A DNA stretch of 64,000 bases from a virus (IMGVR_UViG_3300028840_007026:1-64000); one strand, 5' to 3'; positions 10,201 through 19,147 are shown, counted from the first letter of the stretch. Notes: generated by a model not told the origin, from the sequence alone. Numbers and translations are program-made.

Positions 10201-10664
10201 TACAGGTCACGAAATAACTTTTTCCCTTCTTTGAACACGTTAGCAAAGGAGATGAGACAAGCTGTTGATATACACAATCCTTCGCAATATTTAAGGAGTA
10301 TTTCGAAGGTTACTCGTGGCTTGTAGTAAAAACCCTCTGTATTTGCGAATGTAAGTATTTTACAGAGGTTTCGAAAACCGGTTTCATTCTTTATCCATAC
10401 ACAGGCATGACCGCGAAGTTTATTTCTATCAAGGTTTGGGACGACATATAACTCACATCCCAGGATTGGCTTTACTTCATGCTTTTGGCAAGCCTTTTGA
10501 AACTTTATAAGACCATCCATACAACCATGATCTGTCAAGGCGATTGCTCTTTGCCCTATTTCTGCAGCCCTTGCTGCATACTGGTCTACGGTACCCATAC
10601 CATCCAAAGCTGAGTACTCACTGTGTACATGAAGATGAACGTAGTCTTCTATTCTTTTTTTCAT
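7272..10664 (-). CDS. dnaE: DNA polymerase III alpha (DnaE) fused to a C-terminal family-4 uracil-DNA glycosylase
   Basis: PHP (HLHVHS, TDH, NDCHY), GPGRGSVGGS, PDIDIDF, KLDALGL, YQEQVM, YGFNKSH; C-terminal CEKC, GEAPG..E..FVG, NIVKC, HPA. Confidence 0.95.
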   Translation of the reverse strand: MKKRIEDYVHLHVHSEYSALDGMGTVDQYAARAAEIGQRAIALTDHGCMDGLIKFQKACQKHEVKPILGCELYVVPNLDRNKLRGHACVWIKNETGFRNLCKILTFANTEGFYYKPRVTFEILLKYCEGLCISTACLISFANVFKEGKKLFRDLYDSIGNDLYVEVMPHDIKKQFSWNKEAIKLARKYGIKVLATNDCHYVRRWHHKAQEVLLAIQRKAKMDDPNRFRFSIKGLYLKKAKEMELTFKNNKHKFRREYLRNTLEVAEKCSGFTIAKQDIALPRVPNVPINPSKARAFLWDLCNKGYVEKCGHAKNIKRDKLYYNRLKEEYDLIIEKKFERYFLMVWETVNWCKENNILVGPGRGSVGGSIMAYLLGITSVNSIEHDLIFSRFINKDRIDYPDIDIDFEHTKRHLVRQHLETVYGHEKVAAVSSFNRMKAKAVLKDVGRAFGVHWSETEAFTKLVEDNDDHTGIHDAIEAYSECAEYAAKYPKVITYAKQLEGQVRGYGQHAAALVISREPIGTSGRCNLRTQEGLSIVNWEKEDTEYVGLMKLDALGLKLLSILSETKKLIRRNYSREINLEKIDLNDKKVFKEISDGKTTGVFQLGTYAMTSLIMEMGVESFNHISDAVALVRPGPANSGMTAEYIRRKHGAKWEPMHKEYEKITKDTYGLLVYQEQVMQVISKMAGLPYSTADKVRKIIGKKRSVKEFGKYKDMFVRGCRKTGYFNKSEALKFWSGLEKWALYGFNKSHSVEYAILAYWCSWLKLYYPTEFVCASLTFGAEGKKKEIIEEAYKLGLRIMLPKVGKSQAINWEANQDCLYIPFIEVKGIGEKKAIQAASGIGDKPQGNIKKFFGKKKKNQVVKIGGKFGGLLDKIGAYDPHNPEITRSIKDLFKFRIVTNPKVEYKKLYRLFENNLRLDKLDPALNGDSKVLRQLVNRKKLWRSRSFSSHRKFGLCEKCDLRNECKAPVPPSPGKYPVAIIGEAPGKDEDEQREGFVGRSGNMIWKTLRSYKRELFHVSNIVKCFPSDSRKPSPEQIKTCSQLWLVNELKEVKPIVILSFGNTGLQFFRNQKSGITNISGKVIWNEYFGAWVVYCLHPAATMHNPDNKIYYDAGMKRFKELLKQLKFPKK

Positions 10665-12055
10665 TTTTTCCTCATGAAGTTTCGGATACCCTCTTTGTGA
10701 ATAATTGGTTTTGTTTGGCCGAAAAAATCTTTCATCATTTTGGCAGACTTGGTTATGATTAAAGGATCTGTAGTTCTTCTCGTTTTTCTATCTTGAAAAA
10801 ATCCTGCTTTTTTGCCTTTGCTGAGATTGATAAATTGTTGAGCTTGAAACTTCCTGTCAAAGTGTTTCATTAGCTCGTAATTGTTTTCTATTATACTTCT
10901 CCATTTCTTCTTTGGAAGGTTGCACGCAGCATCAACCCTTTCCGCAAACTCCTTAGGAGTGGCGTCGTGGGGAATCATAATATAATTTTTATTAGGCTGA
11001 AAAATTGGGCTTATCCCCTCTGAGTTGTCGGAGATTCCAAAGTTTCTTCCAATTGGAACTACTCCCATTGCACAGGCATCAATAAATACTCTGTTGAAAT
11101 GTCCACCAGCTTTTGCAAAGTGTAATTGCCAACTCGCGTCAATCAAACATCTCACTTCGCTGAGAAGTTCATCCCTAAAACCTGGAGTAATCCAATGGTG
11201 CCAAATCATTCCATGTTTAAGAGCAAGATCCCATATTCTCATCTTTTTTCGTTCATATTTGCGAGGTAGATCTGGATCATATTTTCTGGAACAGAAATAC
11301 TCTTCCTTACATTTATCTGGACTGGTCATGTAGGCTTGTTCCCTACCTCCACCTGCCATATGAATTTTATCCAGATGCATATAAGGAATGGCTCTCAATA
11401 TTTCTTCGCAGCGTTTATATGCTTTGTAGGTTTGAAGACTAAGGAAGCCCTTAGAACGCTTGTGATAGTTATATTTTCTTTTATACTGAGACAAATCTTT
11501 CCCATTAAGGATCAGCGCGCTCTGGACGTCTCCCAGCTTCATATTGTTATATCCGGCCATGTGAACTGTGGCAATTCCGGAAATGTTTTCTTTAATTTCA
11601 TAAATGTATGGGTAGTTGTTTATGAGATGAGGGTCATGGGAGCAAAGTACATTACAACTATTTGCTTTATATAATTCTATCCAGTCCAGGTTTCCCTTGT
11701 TTTGCTTTTGTCTTGTCGGGACAGGAATCATCCACAGAACCATATCGTACTTGCTGAGAATACGTTTTGCTTTCCGGAGGTTTTTCTCACCTTTGTATGG
11801 AATCTTTCTTTCGAGTGGAAAGTTCCAACCTTTCATTTGATGGGCAGCGTAAAGACAACCCTGATACCAAGGATCTTTTTTATTTCTAATCAACTGGCGG
11901 TCACTGTACTTCCCTTTCATAAACTTATCTTGCCAAGCGAGAAGATAGTAATCAACAGTATGTCCTAATTCCATAAAACCTGCGATAGCATTTTCTACGC
12001 AGCTAACGATCCCGCCGAGGTTGTCTAATGGAAACATGGTAACTGCAATTTTCAT
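10661..12055 (-). CDS. GT-B fold glycosyltransferase, probably DNA-modifying
   Basis: N-terminal GGI....L...GHTV, YKRCEEILRA, FIDACAMGVVPI; located in the replication module. Confidence 0.7.
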   Translation of the reverse strand: MKIAVTMFPLDNLGGIVSCVENAIAGFMELGHTVDYYLLAWQDKFMKGKYSDRQLIRNKKDPWYQGCLYAAHQMKGWNFPLERKIPYKGEKNLRKAKRILSKYDMVLWMIPVPTRQKQNKGNLDWIELYKANSCNVLCSHDPHLINNYPYIYEIKENISGIATVHMAGYNNMKLGDVQSALILNGKDLSQYKRKYNYHKRSKGFLSLQTYKAYKRCEEILRAIPYMHLDKIHMAGGGREQAYMTSPDKCKEEYFCSRKYDPDLPRKYERKKMRIWDLALKHGMIWHHWITPGFRDELLSEVRCLIDASWQLHFAKAGGHFNRVFIDACAMGVVPIGRNFGISDNSEGISPIFQPNKNYIMIPHDATPKEFAERVDAACNLPKKKWRSIIENNYELMKHFDRKFQAQQFINLSKGKKAGFFQDRKTRRTTDPLIITKSAKMMKDFFGQTKPIIHKEGIRNFMRKK

Positions 12056-13704
12056 TTTCTCCCCCTCGTATAGTCCTTTATTCCCTTAGTTTTTATTCCC
12101 GTCATTAATGTGAGTAGTTTATCATACACACGACTTGGGCGGAAACCCCTATATATTAAGCGTTCGCCGCCTTTTTCAAAAGCAACGATCGGCCTATTAT
12201 TTCCAAAATTTCCAGTTCTTAGTAGCAGAATACTTGCTACGATATTTTGAGAACGGGTGAACTTGAATCTACCTTCCGCTACCGTTTCACCAATGGCAGG
12301 ATTTGGATTGAAGTTGTGGAAGTTCTCATTATCAATTGTATCTTTGAGAATATTGAATCCATTTTCCAATGTCCAATTCATTGCAATGGTTATTTGCATC
12401 AACTCTTGCAATTCCTTTTTATTGAAGTTTTCAGTTTCAATAAAAAATGCTTGAGTGTTGATTGGGTCGTAATTCTCATTCGTGTAACCAGCTTCCAAAC
12501 ATCGATCGAATAGTGATGTTCCTTTATTCAATCGGAAGTGAGAAGCCCAAACAATACAGCCTTCGTTATGAACGTCAATCATGGTTTGCAGCATGGTTTC
12601 TATCGTCTCAGCAAAAGGGTAACCAAGAATAATCAATACAAAATTATTCTTTTCCAATTTCTTCCAATTGCTTACTGCTTTTTTCCAATGCTTGAGAACA
12701 TTGGTTTTATTCATATCTTCCAGGACGCCTGGATCTGTGCTTTCTACAGGAAATCTCATTCTCCTGAAACCAACCTTGTACATCAACTCACTGAGTTCAG
12801 GATCGGCAGTAGCATAAACCGGGATACCTTGTGATGCTTTGATTCTTATTTTCTTCAATTCCGGTTCATCAAGAAACAAGTTGAGAACTTTTTTGAAATG
12901 TTTAATCCCCCTTTTCCCTGGACATGGATTGTCGTCTTCTATAATGATATTTTTTACTTTCCATTCATTGACGTAATGCTTAATTTCTTTTATGCATCGT
13001 TCCGGTGTTTTAGTTCTCCATTTTCTACCATGTATCAAATGGCTGCTGCAAAATGAGCAGTTATGTGGACATGCACGGGAAAAGGTGACGTACATTTGTT
13101 TCACGTCCCGTTCATCTAATAGCAATTTACGGGAAGGAAATGGTAGTTGATTCATATCGGGGAAAAAGGTTGTTCGCTGTTCATTTAATTTACTACTGCG
13201 ATCAACTATGGCTTCATGTGGAAAGCCATAAATGAAGTTATAGAGTGCATCTTCTCCTTCTCCAATACAGATGTAATCTGCTTTGGAATGTTCGAAGATA
13301 TGCTGTGGAAAGGTTGTTGCATGTGGACCTCCCATTATCACAATTCTCGTTGGATCTACTTTTTTAATTAAATCGATTACATGGTATGCACCGGTCCAAT
13401 TGGAAGACATTAGAGAAGATACACCGACAAATTGATTATATTTTGGAAGATTCCTTCTAAGCCATCTTTCAATTAGTAAGTCGTCGTATCCCCAGCGAGT
13501 ATATGTGCTCTGACCGGTTTTGAGCTGGTTTGGACGGGTCGTTTTGCTTTTCATTGGTGGATATGAGAAGTCCTTGACACGAGACTCTACGCCTTTTGAC
13601 TCCAGGTATGCTGCTATATACAGGGGACCAGTAGGAAATGGAGCTCTTGACATAAGATAACTTTTGCCTTCGTATGGAGGATATATCAATAATACCGGTT
13701 TCAT
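12052..13704 (-). CDS. Cobalamin-binding (class B) radical SAM enzyme
   Basis: PTGPLYIAAYL, VGVSS, MGGPHAT, GEGE (B12-binding domain); SRACPHNCSFC; IEDDN. Confidence 0.9.
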   Translation of the reverse strand: MKPVLLIYPPYEGKSYLMSRAPFPTGPLYIAAYLESKGVESRVKDFSYPPMKSKTTRPNQLKTGQSTYTRWGYDDLLIERWLRRNLPKYNQFVGVSSLMSSNWTGAYHVIDLIKKVDPTRIVIMGGPHATTFPQHIFEHSKADYICIGEGEDALYNFIYGFPHEAIVDRSSKLNEQRTTFFPDMNQLPFPSRKLLLDERDVKQMYVTFSRACPHNCSFCSSHLIHGRKWRTKTPERCIKEIKHYVNEWKVKNIIIEDDNPCPGKRGIKHFKKVLNLFLDEPELKKIRIKASQGIPVYATADPELSELMYKVGFRRMRFPVESTDPGVLEDMNKTNVLKHWKKAVSNWKKLEKNNFVLIILGYPFAETIETMLQTMIDVHNEGCIVWASHFRLNKGTSLFDRCLEAGYTNENYDPINTQAFFIETENFNKKELQELMQITIAMNWTLENGFNILKDTIDNENFHNFNPNPAIGETVAEGRFKFTRSQNIVASILLLRTGNFGNNRPIVAFEKGGERLIYRGFRPSRVYDKLLTLMTGIKTKGIKDYTRGRK

Positions 13705-13712
13705 ATTTTCTC

Positions 13713-13952
13713 CTATTTTCTTGCCGGAGTTAATCTTTCAAATACTACTCCGTGAGATTCATTATCGCAATCGGGGCATTTAAAAAGAAAAATTTCTTCA
13801 CCATGCCTCGGCCCAATCCCCATGCTCAATACTGTTACAAAATCAAATACCATCCAGGTTTTGCAAGTATGGCAGTAAATTTGTCGAGTACCTTTTGGGC
13901 GTCTTTTTAATTTTCTCATTATTTTTTCAAATCGATCCCTTCGTCTAACCAT
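13713..13952 (-). CDS. Small zinc-ribbon protein
   Basis: CHTC ... CPDC. Confidence 0.6.
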   Translation of the reverse strand: MVRRRDRFEKIMRKLKRRPKGTRQIYCHTCKTWMVFDFVTVLSMGIGPRHGEEIFLFKCPDCDNESHGVVFERLTPARK

Positions 13953-15340
13953 CTTTGTTCATATTCACTTGGAGTATATGTAAAAACAAGGTTATCATTT
14001 TCGTCCGGTCTAACAGGCATTAACTTCCCGTGAAAGTAATTGCGTGGATTGGATGGACTTCTAAGGTTATTCCAAACCCTATTTGCTATTCTACCGTAGT
14101 TGATTCCATGTCTACGGGAAGCAGTCATATCACTAACACAGATATGGTCCTGCCCAAATTGAGGATCGGAAAGATATGTATCTATATCCGGTCTAAATAC
14201 TTCCGTGAACTTCAACTGCTTGAGACGACCGGTAGTATGATATTGTTTTCTCGCTTCTTTCAAAGCAAATGTTAACTGATTGTGAGTCCAGTTGCATAAT
14301 TCTGGATTTTCAGGGTACTCATCAGGCATTCCACAGCAACTCCCGGACATGTTCAACTCCTTAAAATCGGGATCGGAACATGCGAAGAGTACGTCATTTT
14401 TTACGCAAAACTTGTACATTATTTTTACGAATTGCTCTTTAACCAGACGGTTTAATCTCATGTATCCACCGCGTTCACTGGGAGACAATGTTTTGAAGTA
14501 CTTCACTGTATTCTTAGTTCCAATGAGTTCTCCGAGCCACTTATATCGCTTGAGTAGACCTTCATTACTACGGATATCAATGGCAACAAATTCCGTGCTG
14601 ATCGCTTTAATCCCAGCCTCCAGACAGCGGTACAGCATATCTTCCAAGCCATCATCTGTAATGCCAATGATAAACGGCCGAAGTCGAAGGATGGTGTAGT
14701 AACCCATATCACTGAGAAGTTTGATCGCTTTGATTCTTTCACTTGTGACGGGTACACCAATTTCTACCTTTTTTGACATTTCATCGGATGGTGAGATGAT
14801 TGAAACCTGAAAGGCAAAGTTTCTATTATCTGCGTAGCGCTCAAATAAACGCTGGTAGCGTCGGCTGCGGATAGTGTAACCCTTGAATGAGAAGAGTGTC
14901 GGATATTTTGTTTTTGCCAAATGGTGGATCAATTCATAACCCAATCTGTTCGTCTTCTCGAAATTGCAGAATGGGTCAGCCATACCTCCCCAATGGAGAA
15001 GAAATCTTTTTTTGAAAAAGTGCTCGTGGAAAGCACTCATTCTGTAACCCTTCGGCTCATTGTTGATGGCTCGAATAATGGCGGGAATAGGTGCAGCATG
15101 GATCTTCGTACTGAAACTGGAATTGTTTGTTTTTTGCATGTAAGCAAAACAGTACGTACAACCTAATGAGCAATGAGAAAAATGGTCAAATGTCATAGGC
15201 ATTGAGCAGTCCATAAATTCACTTGAAATACGTGGACTGATATAGCTCATGGCATGTTTATCGCTTCGATCGATTTTAATGTTCTTATTTCTTTTTACGA
15301 ATCGAAGACTCTCTTTCCTAATTTCTTCATGGATTTTCAT
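13919..15340 (-). CDS. Radical SAM protein, spore-photoproduct-lyase-like clade
   Basis: CSLGCTYCFA, GGMADPF, ERIKAIKLL...LRLRPFIIG, C-terminal CCG. Confidence 0.8.
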   Translation of the reverse strand: MKIHEEIRKESLRFVKRNKNIKIDRSDKHAMSYISPRISSEFMDCSMPMTFDHFSHCSLGCTYCFAYMQKTNNSSFSTKIHAAPIPAIIRAINNEPKGYRMSAFHEHFFKKRFLLHWGGMADPFCNFEKTNRLGYELIHHLAKTKYPTLFSFKGYTIRSRRYQRLFERYADNRNFAFQVSIISPSDEMSKKVEIGVPVTSERIKAIKLLSDMGYYTILRLRPFIIGITDDGLEDMLYRCLEAGIKAISTEFVAIDIRSNEGLLKRYKWLGELIGTKNTVKYFKTLSPSERGGYMRLNRLVKEQFVKIMYKFCVKNDVLFACSDPDFKELNMSGSCCGMPDEYPENPELCNWTHNQLTFALKEARKQYHTTGRLKQLKFTEVFRPDIDTYLSDPQFGQDHICVSDMTASRRHGINYGRIANRVWNNLRSPSNPRNYFHGKLMPVRPDENDNLVFTYTPSEYEQRWLDEGIDLKK

Positions 15341-15735
15341 AAGTGAATCTTCCTTCCACTCTTGGTTTTTAAAATGAGTTTTTTCTTCTCACGTTTATAG
15401 ATTAAACGACCGGATTCCAATAGTTCAAGGAATAACATAAACACTTCCACATCCCAGGTGTTGTATTCTTTGTACTGACTTATACGGATAAATTTCATCC
15501 ACCGTTGGATCACTTTTTCATTGGGAAATGTGAGTGTCAATGTCTTCTTTTTGAATGCTGTTCTACCAATCTCTCCACCTTTGTATGGTGCAAGGGGAGA
15601 AGGCTTTAAGAGAGCTTGTTCCAATTTTCTCAACTCGAACTTGTCTTTACACTTATCAACTAAGCGAAAGAATTCCTCTATTGTAACATCCTCTCTTGAT
15701 TTATTGCCTAAAAATTTTGTAATATCTTTCGGCAT
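15337..15735 (-). CDS. Hypothetical protein (132 aa) with an N-terminal PIP-like motif
   Basis: ORF coupled to the radical SAM gene; starts MPKDITKFLG. Confidence 0.6.
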   Translation of the reverse strand: MPKDITKFLGNKSREDVTIEEFFRLVDKCKDKFELRKLEQALLKPSPLAPYKGGEIGRTAFKKKTLTLTFPNEKVIQRWMKFIRISQYKEYNTWDVEVFMLFLELLESGRLIYKREKKKLILKTKSGRKIHL

Positions 15736-15738
15736 TAC

Positions 15739-16113
15739 TTACTCCCCCTTTTTCAGACCGAAGTATCGCTCAGGTTTTTCATCTTGGAGACGTAATAGAT
15801 CGATTATTTGCCTTGCATGATATTTACTACAACAATACTTCTTACCAATGCTTTCAACCAGTTTAGGTTCAACCGTTTTGCTTTTCCTTGCAAACTTTAG
15901 AAATGGAACTCTGTTAGACTTTGGAACACAATTGAGTAATTCACTTACGAGATTATTTGGAATCTTTCCCATGACTTCGTTTATTTGAATTGAAAGTAAA
16001 CAGGTTGTAGGGTTGAAACTGAGAATCTTATTTACCATCCACGAATTCTCAATCTCAACCTTTTCCCTGTTTGTGAAAAGTTCCTTTGCCTGTTCAAAGG
16101 GATTCTTACTCAT
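15739..16113 (-). CDS. Clamp-loader A subunit (T4 gp62-like)
   Basis: SWMVNKILS-type motif; size; directly downstream of the AAA+ loader subunit. Confidence 0.55.
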   Translation of the reverse strand: MSKNPFEQAKELFTNREKVEIENSWMVNKILSFNPTTCLLSIQINEVMGKIPNNLVSELLNCVPKSNRVPFLKFARKSKTVEPKLVESIGKKYCCSKYHARQIIDLLRLQDEKPERYFGLKKGE

Positions 16114-16122
16114 CTTTTTATC

Positions 16123-17049
16123 CTATTTAGTGGACCTGAAATCGAGTTCCAATTCCTGAATACTCATGATCTCCAGAATGCAAGCGGTAGCATTAATTTC
16201 CTTGTCGGCAACAAAATTATCCTTGTACATATATTCGGCAATTGCTACCATTACGTCGGAACGAATTCCTTCGTCTTCAATGCTACCGCTGTACTGGTTA
16301 AACAGCCACTTATATATCCGGGTGAAGTCTGTATTATTTATCCACATTTGACGGATTGCAAATACTTTTCCTTCGTTGAGAAAACGGATAAGATCTCCAA
16401 CGACAATCTTATCCAAGAAGTTTTTTCGCAACTTCCCAAAACGTGAAGAACTTTGCAGATTGTTTATAATGCTGCGAATGTCTGGATAATAACGTTCAAC
16501 TATTTCTTTCAAAGTTTTGGTGTTGTATTCGACTTCTTCGTTTCTTAGAATTTTTTTGCAGAAATGGAGAAGTTTAGATTCCGGTAGTGTTTCGAATTGG
16601 AATAATTGACAGCGCGATCTTAATGCGGCAGTAATTTTGTAGATGTTATTGCAGGTGAAAATAAACCTGCAATTTGAATGGTAGGTTTCGATGGTATTTC
16701 TCAAAGCATTTTGAGCATCCGGTGTAAGTCCATCTGCTTCATCAAAGAAGACAATATTGATCTTGTCTGAATCTCTGGGCTTACTTGTTGCAAACTGCTT
16801 CACGGTCGTTTTAATAACGTTTATTCCACGGTCTGAGGAGCTTGCATTAAGCCGAAGACAACCGGCTGCAACCCAGTCTATTAGTATATTGGCAAGTGTT
16901 GTTTTTCCGCTTCCTGGTGGTCCGTGGAAAAGTAAATGGGGGATTTCAAGGTCGTCGATAAAACCTTGCATCGCATCAAAAGTTTCCCTTGGGAGAACCA
17001 TTTGCCTGAGGCGATTTGGTCGATATTTTTCAAACCAGATGTTTGTCAT
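16123..17049 (-). CDS. Clamp-loader AAA+ subunit (RFC small / gp44-like)
   Basis: WFEKYRP, GPPGSGKT, LNASS.RGI, DEAD, AQNALR, SRC motif. Confidence 0.95.
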   Translation of the reverse strand: MTNIWFEKYRPNRLRQMVLPRETFDAMQGFIDDLEIPHLLFHGPPGSGKTTLANILIDWVAAGCLRLNASSSDRGINVIKTTVKQFATSKPRDSDKINIVFFDEADGLTPDAQNALRNTIETYHSNCRFIFTCNNIYKITAALRSRCQLFQFETLPESKLLHFCKKILRNEEVEYNTKTLKEIVERYYPDIRSIINNLQSSSRFGKLRKNFLDKIVVGDLIRFLNEGKVFAIRQMWINNTDFTRIYKWLFNQYSGSIEDEGIRSDVMVAIAEYMYKDNFVADKEINATACILEIMSIQELELDFRSTK

Positions 17050-17051
17050 TT

Positions 17052-17840
17052 TTAGTCACCTTCCTGTTCTTCCATTGGCGTCAGTCCCCAAATTACTTCG
17101 GGTTCCATTACTACGATCGGGTAGCCATCAGCCAAACCAATCACCGGTGGTTCCTCTTCATCTATTTCCACTACCCCGAGGACTTTTGCCAAATTTTCTC
17201 CATTGGTTTTGATGGTGAATTCTGCTTCATCATCGTTTTCAAAATTATCGGATATTTCAATGGAGAACTTATGTTCCGTATTTGTACCAATGGTGAACAC
17301 GATGGAATCTCCAACATCAATGGTCACAACCTTGCTATTGTTTAAACCAATGTAGGAAATCAAATCTTTTGCATCGTCCTTGGTCAGTTCGAATGTCACC
17401 TCCGGAATGGAAGTAAACTGGTCCCAATAATCTTGTTCATCATCTTCATCCATTCTGAGACGAGTAGAAATCATTTCCGGATTGGATGTGAGATAACTGA
17501 GTTTCCGAACAAAATTTTTATTTCCAATAAACAGCCTTTCCTTTTCTTCGCTCATTTCTGTAAAAATCTTTTCAGTGTTGATGGAGCCGAGAAATTTGAT
17601 AACCGTTTCAATATTCCCCAAACCGACGTGAAGGGAAACCCCCTTAGAAGCTACTGAGGCTGTTTTAGTTAATACGATTATGTTGTTTGTTATGTCTACA
17701 ACTTCGGCCAGAGCTACGCCTCCTTCGATGGTCAAAACACATTCGTTTATGGCTCCGCCGAGATAAATCTTTCGCAGGGTTGAAAGTAGTTGGTTTCTTA
17801 CGATGGTGGACTTTTCACGTTTTTTTAATTTCTTTCCCAT
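17052..17840 (-). CDS. Sliding clamp (PCNA/gp45-like)
   Basis: Acidic, 262 aa; INECVLTIEGGVALAEVVDITNNIIV resembles the PCNA N-terminus; adjacent to the loader genes. Confidence 0.7.
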   Translation of the reverse strand: MGKKLKKREKSTIVRNQLLSTLRKIYLGGAINECVLTIEGGVALAEVVDITNNIIVLTKTASVASKGVSLHVGLGNIETVIKFLGSINTEKIFTEMSEEKERLFIGNKNFVRKLSYLTSNPEMISTRLRMDEDDEQDYWDQFTSIPEVTFELTKDDAKDLISYIGLNNSKVVTIDVGDSIVFTIGTNTEHKFSIEISDNFENDDEAEFTIKTNGENLAKVLGVVEIDEEEPPVIGLADGYPIVVMEPEVIWGLTPMEEQEGD

Positions 17841-17869
17841 TGAGTATTTCTCCTTCGAATAAAAGAGTC

Positions 17870-17917
17870 AAAAAAAAGACCACCGACCTCCAAGAATGGA
17901 AAGGAAACCGGTGGTCT
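17870..17917 (-). terminator. Intrinsic terminator
   Basis: AGACCACCG...CGGTGGTCT stem followed by a U-run on the minus strand. Confidence 0.65.
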
Positions 17918-17948
17918 AAATTGTAATACTATTGGCGAACGTTATTGC

Positions 17949-19052
17949 TTAGTCACCGAGTGTCGCAATCACGCCTCCATCGGTTCCGCTGCCGTCCGTG
18001 GTGAGGACAACCGTGCAGCTTTTGCCAATGTTGCGAATGAGATTCCGCATGACCAAACCGTACAATTGGCTCGGCTCCTTTTTCTTCTCCTTCGCAATGG
18101 GTTTGGCGATTTCATGGATGGTGGCACCCTCCCGAATTGCGTCGTAGATTCTCGCCGGAATGGAATCCCGTCGCATACCCTTGGGGTAGTCGTCTCCACC
18201 CTTGTCTTTGCCTTTTCCCTTCTTTCCCTTTTTCTCGTCTTCGTCTTCGTCACCGGATTTCTCTTCCATAGCCTCAACGATTTCCTCAATCTTATCGTCA
18301 AGGTTTTTCTTCGTGACTTTGATTTTCAGGTTATTCTCCTTGACAAAAGCCTTTACTTCTTTAAGGCTCATGTCTTCGAGCTCCTCGGTCAAGGCGTCGG
18401 CGTCGAATTCCTCGGCCTCGTCGTCGGCGTCGTCGTCGTCGTCTTCTTCGGCACCGGATTTCTCTTCCATGGCCTCGACGATTTCTTCGACCTTGTCTTC
18501 CATATTCTTCTTTGTGACCTTGATCCCCAAGTCATTCTCCTTGATGAAAGCTTTCAGCTCCTTGAGGGACATTTCCTCGAGTTCTTCGGTCAATTCGTCG
18601 GCGTCGAATTCCCCGGCGTCGGCCTCGTCGTCGTCTTCTTCTTCTTCTTCTCCATCGGAGCTTTTTTCTTCCATGGCCTCGACGATTTCCTCGATCTTCT
18701 CATCGAGGTTTTTCTTCGTGACCTTGATCCCCAAGTCGTTCTTTTTCACGAAAGCCTTTACTTCCTTGAGGCTCATTTCCTCGAGTTCTTCGGTCAATTC
18801 GTCGGCGTCGAAGTCGTCGGCGTCGTCGTCATCATCATCGGCTTTCTTTTTTGTGTCAGGCACCTGATCCTCATAGAAATCGAGAATTTCATCGGGAATC
18901 TTCCCGAGCTTCCCGTCGTCGTCCATCTTCTCGATGGCGGACATGAAGTCTTCCAGGAGGTCTTCGACGTCAGATTTGATGTTGATCTTCTTTTTGAGAA
19001 GACGGTTCAGTGCCTTGACATGTTTCTTCAGTTCTTTCTTGTCGATCGCCAT
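17949..19052 (-). CDS. Highly acidic repeat protein with helical repeats and a C-terminal HTH-like domain
   Basis: Three copies of DADELTEELEEMSLKEVKAFVKxNxLxIKVTKKNLDEKIEEIVEAMEEKS; C-terminal RRDSIPARIYDAIREGATIHEI; GC3-rich codons. Confidence 0.8.
   Translation of the reverse strand: MAIDKKELKKHVKALNRLLKKKINIKSDVEDLLEDFMSAIEKMDDDGKLGKIPDEILDFYEDQVPDTKKKADDDDDDADDFDADELTEELEEMSLKEVKAFVKKNDLGIKVTKKNLDEKIEEIVEAMEEKSSDGEEEEEDDDEADAGEFDADELTEELEEMSLKELKAFIKENDLGIKVTKKNMEDKVEEIVEAMEEKSGAEEDDDDDADDEAEEFDADALTEELEDMSLKEVKAFVKENNLKIKVTKKNLDDKIEEIVEAMEEKSGDEDEDEKKGKKGKGKDKGGDDYPKGMRRDSIPARIYDAIREGATIHEIAKPIAKEKKKEPSQLYGLVMRNLIRNIGKSCTVVLTTDGSGTDGGVIATLGD
18255..18815. repeat. Three ~200-nt coding tandem repeats
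   Basis: tcggcgtcgaa recurs near 18397, 18598 and 18802. Confidence 0.85.
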
Positions 19053-19147
19053 TTTTCTCTCCTTAATTAATAATGAATGTTTTGCCCTTTATTGGGCGAT
19101 TGGGAAACGTTCCCGACAAATGTGACTGAATGATAACAGGTGAAATA

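Noticed and set aside
18066-19070. Long plus-strand ORFs of 334 and 221 aa
   Set aside because: Antisense shadows of the repetitive, codon-biased acidic gene.
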